Of a DNA stretch of 64,000 nucleotides, positions 50,665 through 62,930 are shown in pieces. Numbering within the stretch: position 1 is the first letter of the stretch; each line of letters begins with the position of its first letter. The position numbers and the translations under genes are program-made. The stretch is from Lama guanicoe (lineage: Eukaryota): assembly GCA_013239625.1 (NCBI GenBank), contig MU054187.1, positions 18,406,711-18,470,710 on the forward strand, in the 5' to 3' direction. Under the pieces are notes generated by a model that was not told the origin of the DNA, made no database searches, and saw only the letters and a program-made list of their open reading frames with translations.

Positions 50665-53410
50665 CATGAAAGCTGAAAAGTTCTAGGTCAAGTAAACAGA
50701 AGTCTAACGTGAATCATAAAAACAGAAGGTCACATCTCCTCAATCGGTCCCGAATTGAAGCAATATGCAGACCCAGAACGCTTTTGAATGAAGGAGAGGC
50801 CAGTTTCCCTTAAGAAAGGACCTCAACACTCTGCCAAAAATACATACTGTTAATCTTTCTCCCAGCCTTCCCCAAAGGGACCTACAGGATTTTACCAGGG
50901 TCACTGTGCATCGAGCGCTGAGGAAAAGGAGATAATCAGAACTTTTGGGAACTACTAGACACTGACTCTAAACTGACACTAATTCCAAGAGACCCAAATT
51001 GTCACTGTGGTCCACCCATCAGAATAGGAGCTTATGGAGGTCAGGTGATGATGGATGGAGTGTTAGCTCCGGTCTGTCTCACAGTGGGTCCCTGCACCCC
51101 TCCTGTGGTTATTTCCTGAGTTCTGGAATGCATAACTGGAATAGACATACTTAGCAGCTAGCAGAATCCCCACGTTGGCTCTCTGATCTGTGGGCTATCA
51201 TAATGGGAAATGCCACAGGTGGAAGCCACTAGAGCTGCCCCTACCTAAGAAAATGGTGACCCAGCAGCACTGCCACATTCCTGGAGGGACTGTAGAAGTG
51301 AGCACCCCCATCAGGGACTTGAAATATAAGGGGGGACTGATTTCCACCACACCCCCATTCAATGCACCTATTTGACCAATCCAGAAGACAGACGGATTTT
51401 GGACAATAACAGTTGATTATCATATGCTCAACCAGGTGATGACTCCAATTACAGCGGCTTTAACAGACGTGGTTTCATTGCTTGAGCTAATTAACACCCC
51501 ATTCCTCCCCCAGCATCTAGTATGTAGCTATTGATCTGGCAAATGCCTTTTCCTCCATATCTGTCATAAGGCCCACCAAAAGCAGTCTGCTCTCACCTGG
51601 CAAAGCCGACGATACACCTTCACTGTTCCACTTCAGGGGTACATCGACTCTCCAGCCAATACGAGAATTTGGTTCACAGGGCTCCTGACTGCCTTTCCTT
51701 CCATCAGGATGCACACTGATGATCACATAGATGAAATTGTGCCTAGTGAGCAAGAAGTAGCAACTACTTTAAGGCTCACGGGTAAGACATTTGTATGTCA
51801 GGGTGGGAATTAAATTAGACAAAAATTCAAGGGTTGTCCACCTCTGTAAGATTCCTAAGGCTTCAGTGGTGTTGGCATGATAAGATGTCCACTCTAAGGT
51901 GCAGAATAAGTGGTTGTCTGGCCCCTCCTACAACCAGAAAAGAGACACACCGTCCCGTGAGCCTCTTTGGACTTTGGCAGCAACACATTCCCTCATTTGA
52001 CTGTGTGACTCCAGCCCACTTAGCAGGTGACCCCAAAAAGGTCTTAGTTCCGAGTGGGGCCCAGAAAAAGAGCATGTTCTGCAGAAGGTCCAGACCACTG
52101 TGTGAGCGTCCCTGCCCCTTGGGCCGCATGAACCGCCAGATCCAATGGTTCCTGACATGTCAGTGGCAGACAGGATGCTACTCAGAGCCCTTGGCAGGTC
52201 CGTGTGGGTGAATCTAGTACAAGCCCTTAGGATTTGGGAGCAAGTCCCTGCCATCCTCTGCAGGTAATCGGCCCTGCTACGAGCCTTCACAGAGACTCCG
52301 TGCTTAGCCATGGGCCACCAAGTTACCAGGCAACTGAGCTGCCCGTCGAGAACTGGAGGTTATCTGACCCGTTAGGCCATAGAAGTGGACATGCACGGTA
52401 GCCCTCCATCACCTAACGGAAGTGGTAGATGTGTGCTAGGACCCGAGCAGGCCCACACACAGTGGAGCGGCCTTTTGGAGACTCCGTTTCAGCACCAGCT
52501 AGGTGGCAGTGACTGGCAGGGCTGGGGCTAGGTTCTCCAGGAGGCCACGTGTGCTCAGAATCAGCATCCAGCGTACTGTTCTGTCCCACAGCCGGGATCC
52601 GTGGGTCCAAGAACCAAGTGGTAGAAGTGGGAGCAGCACCGCTCATGCTTGCTCCCTGCTCACACGGCCTTATGCTCGGCTGGCCTACAGGTTTTAGTTC
52701 GAAAGGGAAGATCGCTTCCTCCCCCCGGAGACACAACAGTGATTTTATTGAACTGGAAGTTCCGACGGCTGCCCCGTCAGTTCGGGTTCCTCATGCCTCT
52801 GAGTCAACAGGCAGAGAAGGGAGTTGCTGTGCTGGCTGGTGTGATGAATCCTGACCACCAAGAGAAAAATGGCACTGCTACGTCACAATGGAGGGAAGGG
52901 GGTGTATGTCCGGGACACGGGAGAGCCCCCGGGACACCTCTTAGTATTATCCTGCCCTGTGATTAAGGGCAATGGAGGCCTACAACAGCCTGATCCAGGC
53001 AGGACTACCAATGGCCCAGAGCCATCAGGAATGAAGGTTCGGGTCACTCCGCGTTGTAAAGAACCATGAGCAGTCGAGGTGTTTGCTGAAGGTAAAGAGA
53101 ATATAGAACGGGCAGTAGAAGAAGGCAGCTGCTAAATCCCAACGTGGCCACGTGACCAGATTCAGAAATGAGGACTCCAACTTTCATGAGTATTTCCTGC
53201 TTGTTTTGTTATGAACATCTATAGATACCTTTGGGGGTTTTTCTTTCTTTTACCCCCTTATCATGAAGCATAAAAGGCATTGCCTTCATATCATAGTATT
53301 TAAGTACTGTTAACTTCACATCATAAATAGTTACGGGGTATCATGGGAAAAATAAACATCACTCAAGGACTTTACCACCTCTTCTGGGGAAGAGGTTAGT
53401 GTGTTTTCTG
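50665..53410 (+). mobile_element. ERVL internal remnant (gag end, protease, RT, dUTPase; RNase H/integrase largely deleted)
   Basis: LLDTDSKLTLIP...GAYGGQV (protease, from 50952), WKPLELPLP...IDLANAF (RT), HIDE in place of YIDD at 51724-51735, PPGDTTVILLNWK...AGVMNPDHQ (dUTPase); many stops/frameshifts. Confidence 0.92.
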
Positions 53411-54377
53411 TGAGTAACAGCTCTTGATCCCAGAAAGGGACGGGGGTAGAGGTGTCTCTTAATGTCACCCCTTCATTGAAATATGGAGAAGCTTTCCAAT
53501 GAGTAGCTTGATGGACCCTGGACCCCCTTCAAGCAGCGCCCCCAGGAGGCGGCAGGGCCTCCAGCAGACAGGACAAGTGTCTGAGCTCTGTGGTTTTGAG
53601 GGCTGTGCTTAATGTCTGAGACTCTCACTCGGCCCCACACTAAAGGAATCACCTTCCTTTAAGAAGATGAAGGAGCTTCGATTATGGGCTTCTCTTCGGC
53701 AAACATGTTAAGCCGAAGACCAGAGGCCCTTCCTCATTTCTTCCCTGGATGGCAGAAGCCCTACGACCCTCACATAATCTCAAGGGGGAGAAACTGAGAA
53801 CCGTCAAACAGTAACTGAAACTGGAGGTACGTCCAGCTAGATTGTTCAGGGCTAAACTTCATTTAATTAATTTATTTTAATCTAGACATAACAGTAAATG
53901 TGACATTTCTTGAGTCTCAGGATCATGGAGTAACGTGTACCCATTACCCTCATATGAAACGTCTCACAAAGTCATAGAAACAAATCATAACGAGTTACAC
54001 AACTGACAGCGAACTTTATTATTACGATTGTTTTAATCACTGCATCCGTGACGGAGGTTTCCGACCTAGACTCAAGTCCGTGTCTGATGGCAGAGCTAGG
54101 AGCACACGGACCACGGCGAAATTCTACCTTGATGATGGTTTAGTCCACATCTGCAGTTGTTGCTGCATTTCGTGATTCTTGAGCAGGCGAGTTCTAACCT
54201 CTGATGGCATTTTGTCTTCCTGCTCCATTCTTTCTCCCCTTTTTCTAAAAAAAAAAAAATTTACCAAACATTTACAGATAGGCTTCTATGTGCTGGATTT
54301 TGAAGACAAATATAAAATAGGAAATTCCCTGTTCTTGAAGACTTTACACACCAGAGGCATCCAAGAAAAAGAGCAGT

Positions 54378-54490
54378 AATGGAAAGGAGTCTGAAAAAGA
54401 CATGTATCTATGTGTGAATCGCTTTGCTGTACACTTGAAACTAACATTGTAAATCGACTGCACTTCGATAAAAACAAGAATTAAAAATAA
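54378..54490 (+). mobile_element. L1 extreme 3' end (duplicate at 57732-57844)
   Basis: GAATCGCTTTGCTGTACACTTGAAACTAACATTGTAAATCGACT. Confidence 0.8.
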
Positions 54491-54649
54491 AGAGCTCAGA
54501 ATGTGGTGAATGCCCTCGTACATTGGTCAGGACACCCCCAGGCAGCCTACAGCCAAGCCTTTTATCTTTTTCAAAATAGGAGAATAATCTTTTCCGGCCA
54601 ACAAAATCATGAAACAAACTAGATGAATGTTCTAAAAGCAGAAATTCGA

Positions 54650-55058
54650 NNNNNNNNNNNNNNNNNNNNNNNNNNNNNNNNNNNNNNNNNNNNNNNNNNN
54701 NNNNNNNNNNNNNNNNNNNNNNNNNNNNNNNNNNNNNNNNNNNNNNNNNNNNNNNNNNNNNNNNNNNNNNNNNNNNNNNNNNNNNNNNNNNNNNNNNNNN
54801 NNNNNNNNNNNNNNNNNNNNNNNNNNNNNNNNNNNNNNNNNNNNNNNNNNNNNNNNNNNNNNNNNNNNNNNNNNNNNNNNNNNNNNNNNNNNNNNNNNNN
54901 NNNNNNNNNNNNNNNNNNNNNNNNNNNNNNNNNNNNNNNNNNNNNNNNNNNNNNNNNNNNNNNNNNNNNNNNNNNNNNNNNNNNNNNNNNNNNNNNNNNN
55001 NNNNNNNNNNNNNNNNNNNNNNNNNNNNNNNNNNNNNNNNNNNNNNNNNNNNNNNNNN
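54650..55058. other. Assembly gap (409 N)
   Basis: N run; corresponds to 58004-58671 in the duplicate copy. Confidence 1.
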
Positions 55059-55510
55059 TTCAATTATGCAGCTAAACTCCAAGATCCATAGAAGTTTTAC
55101 ACACAAGACAGAGAGAGAGAGAAGAATTCAGCCTGAATGTTCGTTTCCTAAAAGAAAAACAGCAAGAAGGAAATCAAATAAGAGGTTATAAAGAAAATAT
55201 TTTATGTATAAATATTTTAGTTTTTTATAGTGTGGCACTAGTTTTTATATCACTCTTTCAGTGTTCTTGTCTTATTTTAATGCCTTTTTATAGAAAGTTG
55301 AATAGTTAAATGCATCTCTCAAAATCCAAAATTTCTCTGAAATGTTTACATCATTGGCAAATGGGCTTTGGCACATTATCTAGTAGGAACTCTTTGCTTT
55401 CAAAAGGTCAGTTAGATTATTTGTTTGAATTAACTTGCATAGTGAAAAAGAAAATAGGCAGATGAAGAAGATTAAGGCACAGTTTTCCAGCATTCAGATG
55501 GTTACTCTTA

Positions 55511-55644
55511 GGAGGGAGGGTGTAGCTCAAGTAGACTACATGCTTAGCACGCATGACGTCCTGGGTTCAAACCCCAGTACCTCCTCCAAATAGAAATAAA
55601 TAAACCTAAAGACCGCCCCCTCATAAAAAATAATAATAATAAAA
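55511..55644 (+). mobile_element. vic-1-type SINE (duplicate at 59143-59276)
   Basis: tRNA-like head GTAGCTCAAGTAG...GGTTCAAACCCCAG, (TAA)n tail. Confidence 0.8.
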
Positions 55645-55989
55645 GGCTTTTAAAAAATGATTTTCTTGCTCAAAATTTCAGCTAAAGGTATAGACCACAG
55701 TAGTTCACTGAGAACAAAACATCTTCATGTAGACTCTGTTACTGTTGCTAAGCAGAAAACCTTGGGGGCAGATTTTCAAAATGCAATCTCCAAATGCATC
55801 TTAGGGTGGCCAAAGCCCAAAATGTCTTGAAACTCTGGAAGTGACAATAAAACCCAGGTCCTATGATAAATGATGTATGGCGACTCCAACTGAACCAAAA
55901 TTATACAAAGCACAACCCTAATAATTGAAAATGTTCAAATTTTCACAATTGTATAAATAACATGTCCTAATGTTGGTGTTAGACTATTG

Positions 55990-56600
55990 CAATGCCATGC
56001 CATCTTCATTTCTTTCTCTCTCTCTTTTTTTTCCCTTGAGCGGAGACCCATTAACAAATTGGATTGGGAGGTTTCTGTGTCTGTGCTTTCAGCTGGACAG
56101 CAAGATGTTGGGATAAACCAGTAGTCAGTGCAGACACAAACCCAGGAGAGGGCGAGGACAAGGAGAGGGTGCAAATGCACCTTTGCCAAATCCTGTCAAT
56201 AATGTATGGGCTGTCGACGGGCTGGCCCCTGCGCACGGCCCCTCTCTCCTTCTGCAGGCTCCTTTCCCAGCGGACAGCGGGCCAGCTGTCTAGGCAGCAG
56301 GAAGAGCCCTGCTTTCCCAAGCCCAGACCTGTGGGAAAATCTTCACTGGCCAGTAATTGATTCCACCCTGCCAGCTCCATTACTCCAGGCTCCAGTCAAA
56401 ATGGCAGCCGGCTGGGGGAGGCGGCCCGCTGAAGGGGCAAGGGGGTGGGAGCAAAGGCCATCAGGGCCCCCTGCAATTAACACTAATCTGAAAATTGGCC
56501 TCTGACAGCGAAGCCCAGCACCTGACAGCTAATTACTTATGTCAGACTGATGTGCACTGCACATGGAAAGGTTATTTATCAGAGACCAGAGTTGGCTCCT
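55990..56600. promoter_or_regulatory. Enhancer-like non-repetitive element, copy A
   Basis: TGACAG x2 (56503, 56523), CTAATTAC 56529, CAATTA 56474, TAATC 56484, TAATTG 56354, TGTGGGAA 56330, CAGCTG 56283, AAAATGGC 56398; retained CpGs. Confidence 0.5.
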
Positions 56601-58377
56601 CCTCCTCCACTTTATTTTTTCTGTTTGCCTTCATTGAAAACAGTGGGGGATTGTTCCTGGTTGCCTAGATCTTGGAAACCCTGAAAGTTCTCAGACTTCA
56701 TTTAACTGAAGTGCCCCTAAACATCCTTTCGAAGACCTGGAGCACGTGTGTTGTGTTGGGCACCTGTGTTAGAGACCAGAGAAAGACAGAGATATCCCAG
56801 AGGGCGGGGCTTGTTTCCTGTTATAAATGGAGCCAAAGTGATGGAGACACAGGAAATCCAAACAGTCAGTGTAGCCACAGTAAGGGAAGAAGGACGGACC
56901 AACTTCATTCATCTCATTTTCAAAAGGCCCGTCCACAATGGGGAAGATCAGTAAAGAGCTTGTTTTGCAAACAGATTCAAAAGCCTGCTTTCTTAAATCA
57001 TTTACAAAGATTTTAAGAAGATGAAGGAGCTTCGATTATGGGCTTCTCTTCGGCAAACATGTTAAGCCGAAGACCAGAGGCCCTTCCTCATTTCTTCCCT
57101 GGATGGCAGAAGCCCTACGACCCTCGCATAATCTCAAGGGGGAGAAACTGAGAACCGTCAAACAGTAACTGAAACTGGAGGTACGTCCAGCTAGATTGTT
57201 CAGGGCTAAACTTCATTTAATTAATTTATTTTAATCTAGACATAACAGTAAATGTGACATTTCTTGAGTCTCAGGATCATGGAGTAACGTGTACCCATTA
57301 CCCTCATATGAAACGTCTCACAAAGTCATAGAAACAAATCATAACGAGTTACACAACTGACAGCGAACTTTATTATTACGATTGTTTTAATCACTGCATC
57401 CGTGACGGAGGTTTCCGACCTAGACTCAAGTCCGTGTCTGATGGCAGAGCTAGGAGCACACGGACCACGGCGAAATTCTACCTTGATGATGGTTTAGTCC
57501 ACATCTGCAGTTGTTGCTGCATTTCGTGATTCTTGAGCAGGCGAGTTCTAACCTCTGATGGCATTTTGTCTTCCTGCTCCATTCTTTCTCCCCTTTTTCT
57601 AAAAAAAAAAAAATTTACCAAACATTTACAGATAGGCTTCTATGTGCTGGATTTTGAAGACAAATATAAAATAGGAAATTCCCTGTTCTTGAAGACTTTA
57701 CACACCAGAGGCATCCAAGAAAAAGAGCAGTAATGGAAAGGAGTCTGAAAAAGACATGTATCTATGTGTGAATCGCTTTGCTGTACACTTGAAACTAACA
57801 TTGTAAATCGACTGCACTTCGATAAAAACAAGAATTAAAAATAAAGAGCTCAGAATGTGGTGAATGCCCTCGTACATTGGTCAGGACACCCCCAGGCAGC
57901 CTACAGCCAAGCCTTTTATCTTTTTCAAAATAGGAGAATAATCTTTTCCGGCCAACAAAATCATGAAACAAACTAGATGAATGTTCTAAAAGCAGAAATT
58001 CGATTAGTGAGTCACATCACAGAACTACAGTGTCCTAATTAACACGAGACTGCTCCATGCGAGAAACCAGGCAGAATAATTTGGTAGTGGCTCTTAAGAA
58101 ACAAGTGTTGACATCATTTTGAACTTCAGTTATTAGGGATTCAAGATTCCACAGAGCTTAACCAGGACATGGCACAACAGGACTTCGGTCACAAACCCTT
58201 CATTGTGGAATTTAGAATCCTTTAAATTCTCACAGGTGTGGTGTAAAGAAGTCATCTGTTAGTCCTCCCACCTGAGCTCCGTGCACAGAATAGGAGGGAG
58301 GATTCTGGGTTCCTAACTCCACCTCCTGTGCTCCCACCTCTAGTTTTCCTCCAGGGCAAAGAGCAGGGACCACTTAT

Positions 58378-58521
58378 CTTGATGAGGAGAAAGGTGACTT
58401 CCCCCATGATCATGTTTCTTGGATTATAGGAGGTATCCAGGTGGATTTCAGACTTGTATTTCTCATCCTAATTGCTATGTTTCCAAGAGACCTTTTGGGT
58501 CTCGTATCAGAAAGTTGTCAC
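58378..58521 (-). pseudogene. Pseudo-exon 2 (144 bp, phase 0->0), donor mutated GT->AT
   Basis: Acceptor catctcttAG, donor AAG|ATAAGT; reads VTTF*YETQKVSWKHSN*DEKYKSEIHLDTSYNPRNMIMGEVTFLLIK. WK and ExxxLL resemble the CSD2/RNB linker of DIS3-family proteins. Confidence 0.5.
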
Positions 58522-58574
58522 CTAAGAGATGACCTTTTAACTGCAACATCCCACATCTTATTTTTGTTGGTTTT

Positions 58575-58715
58575 TTTACTTTTCTGACCCATGCTTAATG
58601 ATCAAACTCTTGTCTAATCTTGAACTAATTGTAATTAAATTAGTTAATTAATTTTAGTAATTAAAGACTAATTCAATTATGCAGCTAAACTCCAAGATCC
58701 ATAGAAGTTTTACAC
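58575..58715 (-). repeat. TAAT-dense ancient repeat core, MER121-like
   Basis: About 8 TAAT/ATTA cores in 58625-58680; reverse strand resembles my recollection of the MER121 core; about 35/45 match to 43379-43423. Confidence 0.5.
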
Positions 58716-59621
58716 ACAAGACAGAGAGAGAGAGAAGAATTCAGCCTGAATGTTCGTTTCCTAAAAGAAAAACAGCAAGAAGGAAATCAAATAAGAGGTT
58801 ATAAAGAAAATATTTTATGTATAAATATTTTAGTTTTTTATAGTGTGGCACTAGTTTTTATATCACTCTTTCAGTGTTCTTGTCTTATTTTAATGCCTTT
58901 TTATAGAAAGTTGAATAGTTAAATGCATCTTTCAAAACCCAAAATTTCTCTGAAATGTTTATATCATTGGCAAATGGGCTTTGGCACATTATCTAGTAGG
59001 AACTCTTTTCTTTCAAAAGGTCAATAATACTGTTAAAACAATGTTGGATTATTTGTTTGAATTAACTTGCATAGTGAAAAAGAAAATAGGCAGATGAAGA
59101 AGATTAAGGCACAGTTTTCCAGCATTCAGATGGTTACTCTTAGGAGGGAGGGTGTAGCTCAAGTAGAATACATGCTTAGCACGCATGACGTCCTGGGTTC
59201 AAACCCCAGTACCTCCTCCAAATAGAAATAAATAAACCTAAAGACCGCCCCCTCATAAAAAATAATAATAATAAAAGGCTTTTAAAAAATGATTTTCTTG
59301 CTCAAAATTTCAGCTAAAGGTATAGACCACAGTAGTTCACTGAGAACAAAACATCTTCAAGTAGACTCTGTTACTGTTGCTAAGCAGAAAACCTTGGGGG
59401 CAGATTTTCAAAATGCAATCTCCAAATGCATCTTAGGGTGGCCAAAGCCCAAAATGTCTTGAAACTCTGGAAGTGACAATAAAACCCAGGTCCTATGATA
59501 AATGATGTATGGCGACTCCAACTGAACCAAAATTATACAAAGCACAACCCTAATAATTGAAAATGTTCAAATTTTCACAATTGTATAAATAACATGTCCT
59601 AATGTTGGTGTTAGACTATTG

Positions 59622-60232
59622 CAATGCCATGCCATCTTCATTTCTTTCTCTCTCTCTTTTTTTTCCCTTGAGCGGAGACCCATTAACAAATTGGATTGGG
59701 AGGTTTCTGTGTCTGTGCTTTCAGCTGGACAGCAAGATGTTGGGATAAACCAGTAGTCAGTGCAGACACAAACCCAGGAGAGGGCGAGGACAAGGAGAGG
59801 GTGCAAATGCACCTTTGCCAAATCCTGTCAATAATGTATGGGCTGTCGGCGGGCTGGCCCCTGCGCACGGCCCCTCTCTCCTTCTGCAGGCTCCTTTCCC
59901 AGCGGACAGCGGGCCAGCTGTCTAGGCAGCAGGAAGAGCCCTGCTTTCCCAAGCCCAGACCTGTGGGAAAATCTTCACTGGCCAGTAATTGATTCCACCC
60001 TGCCAGCTCCATTACTCCAGGCTCCAGTCAAAATGGCAGCCGGCTGGGGGAGGCAGCCCGCTGAAGGGGCAAGGGGGTGGGAGCAAAGGCCATCAGGGCC
60101 CCCTGCAATTAACACTAATCTGAAAATTGGCCTCTGACAGCGAAGCCCAGCACCTGACAGCTAATTACTTATGTCAGACTGATGTGCACTGCACATGGAA
60201 AGGTTATTTATCAGAGACCAGAGTTGGCTCCT
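59622..60232. promoter_or_regulatory. Enhancer-like non-repetitive element, copy B
   Basis: Near-identical to 55990-56600 (offset 3632, two substitutions seen). Confidence 0.5.
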
Positions 60233-60799
60233 CCTCCTCCACTTTATTTTTTCTGTTTGCCTTCATTGAAAACAGTGGGGGATTGTTCCTGGTTGCCTAG
60301 ATCTTGGAAACCCTGGAAGTTCTCAGACTTCATTTAACTGAAGTGCCCCTAAACATCCTTTCGAAGACCTGGAGCACGTGTGTTGTGTTGGGCACCTGTG
60401 TTAGAGACCAGAGAAAGACAGAGATATCCCAGAGGGCGGGGCTTGTTTCCTGTTATAAATGGAGCCAAAGTGATGGAGACACAGGAAATCCAAACAGTCA
60501 GTGTAGCCACAGTAAGGGAAGAAGGACGGACCAACTTCATTCATCTCATTTTCAAAAGGCCCGTCCACAATGGGGAAGATCAGTAAAGAGCTTGTTTTGC
60601 AAACAGATTCAAAAGCCTGCTTTCTTAAATCATTTACAAAGATTTTTCCCTTATCTCCATATAGCTACATAATAAATGTCCAGGGGACCCACACAAGTAT
60701 ATTGTCTTTGAGTTGGTGATTTGATCTGCCTTCCCAATAATGAAAGTGGTTTTCAGTGGAGGAGAGGAGTTTATGTGGAACATTCCCTTTCCACCTTGT

Positions 60800-61200
60800 A
60801 CTTTCAGTCAAGGAATATTCTTTGAGCTCCTGTTTTATGCTAGGCATTGTGCTGGGCCCTGGGCATACGACATAGACACATGTCTCCCTCTTAGGAAGCT
60901 TAAGGGTTGGAGAGTGACACAGAGAAGCAAGGAAATCACAGTGTAACATGACACAACCTGCCGAGGGTGAAATACAAGATTTGGAAGCACTTAAACCAGG
61001 ATCTAACCTAAATTGATACGGTGCACCAAGGGCTGAGATCTGAATGAATGGGAATTAGGCAGGCAAGGGGGGGGTGTTTACAGTAGAGGATAGAAAAGAT
61101 AAAGGAAATATCACATGCACAAAACCTGACATGAGAGAGAACTCAGCAGAGTTGGAGCCTAGAGGAGACGTGACCCGAATGAGGCTGACACTTAAGGCTT
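60800..61200 (-). mobile_element. L2 fragment
   Basis: TTGAGCTCCTGTTTTATGCTAGGCATTGTGCTGGG. Confidence 0.6.
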
Positions 61201-61247
61201 GTGGTTAGTTTGTCGCAAGGTTTTCCAAGTAGAAATTATAAGGCTTC

Positions 61248-61505
61248 CGACATGGAAACAACCCAAATGTCCATCAACAGATGACTGGATAAAGAAGATG
61301 TGGTACATATATACAATGGAATACTACTCAGCCATAAAAAAGAATAAAAGAATGCCATTTGCAGCAACATGGATGGACCTGAAGATCATCAGATTGTCAT
61401 TCTAAGTGAAGTGGGCTGGAAAGAGAAAGAAAAATGCTGTATGTTATCACTTATATGTGGAACTTCAAAAAATTTTTTTAAAATAAGGACAGACACACAC
61501 ACAAA
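61248..61505 (+). mobile_element. L1 ORF2 C-terminal fragment lacking most of the 3' UTR
   Basis: [43 protein letters not shown](T/G)AAGGCTTC 61231-61247 and 61506-61522. Confidence 0.9.
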
Positions 61506-62001
61506 AGAAATTAGAAGGCTTCTGGTTTAATTCATCCTTGCTATCCTCTTTCATCCAACCTGACATCACTTCAGGTAGCTAGGTCCTGGACCACACCATG
61601 CCAGGGAACTCCCAGTCCTACTGAAAAGCTGTAGGGTTACCGGGTGAGCGTTAGAGCAGGAGCAGGGGACCTGGGAGAGTAGAACTATATTTGTTCACCC
61701 ATCAACCACCTACCTTTCCAATGGGACTCCTTCTCCCTCATCACATGTGAGTCTGGGTTCTCATAAGGGTTAATTTATTTATCCAACAAATATTGATTTA
61801 TGTCCTCTATGCCAGGTGATGGAAGGCACCAGGGATACTGAAGTGAACAAGGTGAGCATGGCCCCTTTCTTTGAAAAGCTAGTATAGCCTAAGAAGAGAG
61901 AGATGAAACAGATAATCATATAAAAAGTCAATAATGGCATGCGTGTTCAGTGCTAAGAGGTTAAGAAGTATGTTATCAAAAGTCATCATCTGTATGAAAC
62001 C

Positions 62002-62526
62002 TTTTTCTTTTTTTCTTTTTCTTTTTCTCATTGAAGTGTAGTTGATTTACAATGTTTCAGGTGCACAGCAAAGTGATTCATTTATACATATACATATATA
62101 TTCTTTTTCAGATTCTTTTCCATTATAGTTTATTAGAAAATATTGAATATAGTTCCCTGTACTATACAGTAGGTCCTTGTTATTTATCTATTTTTATATA
62201 CAGTACTGTGTATCTGTTAATAACCAAATTCCTTATTGATCCCTCCACTCCTTTCCCTTTCGGTAACTGTTAGTTTGTTTTCTATGTCTGTGAGTCTATT
62301 TCTGGTTTGTAAATAAGTTCATTTGTATCATATTTTAGACTCCACATATAAATGATATCATATGATATCTGTCTTTCTCTGTCTAACTTCACTTTGATAA
62401 TCTCTAGGTCCTTCCATGTTGCTTCAAATGGCAATATTTCATTCTTATACCATATACCACATCTTTATCCATTCATCTGTCTGTATGAAAGTCTTGAAAG
62501 AGCAAATGGCAATATTTCATTCTTTG

Positions 62527-62558
<32 letters not shown>

Positions 62559-62595
62559 CACACACATATACCACATCTTTATCCATTCATCTGTC
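62002..62595 (-). mobile_element. L1 3' UTR with local junction duplication
   Basis: T-rich tail, TATAGTTCCCTGTACTATACAGTAGGTCCTTG; flank TCTGTATGAAA at 61989, 62480 and 62594. Confidence 0.88.
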
Positions 62596-62699
62596 TGTAT
62601 GAAAGTCTTGAAAGCTATGTGTAATAACTAAAATAAAAGATGCTGTCCTTAAAATATCTGTAATGAAATAAAGTCACGGCAAAAAGACAGGAAAGAAAG

Positions 62700-62930
62700 G
62701 CACATGATTTGAGCTCTTGTGCGGTGCCTGGTACCGGCTAGTGCTTTATATGTGCTGAGTCACTGAGGTCTCATAACGAACTTATGAGGGTGTCCTTATT
62801 TTGCCAACAAGGTTACCAAGACACTCAAAGAGTTCAAAGGAACTTACTCCAGGCCATCCAGCTAGTGAAGGAGGGAATGGTGAGGCCTGGGCCTCCATCC
62901 CATCGCACCGAGAATGCAACCCCATCAGCA
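62700..62930 (-). mobile_element. MIR
   Basis: GTGCCTGGTAC...AGAGTTCAAAGGAACTTACTCCAGGCCATCCAGCTAGT. Confidence 0.6.

Larger units (their letters stand above)
53658..60646 (+). repeat. Tandem duplication: 53658-57014 vs 57012-60646
   Basis: Offsets 3354 (before gap) and 3613/3632 (after gap); about 11 substitutions and one 19-bp indel. Confidence 0.97.
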
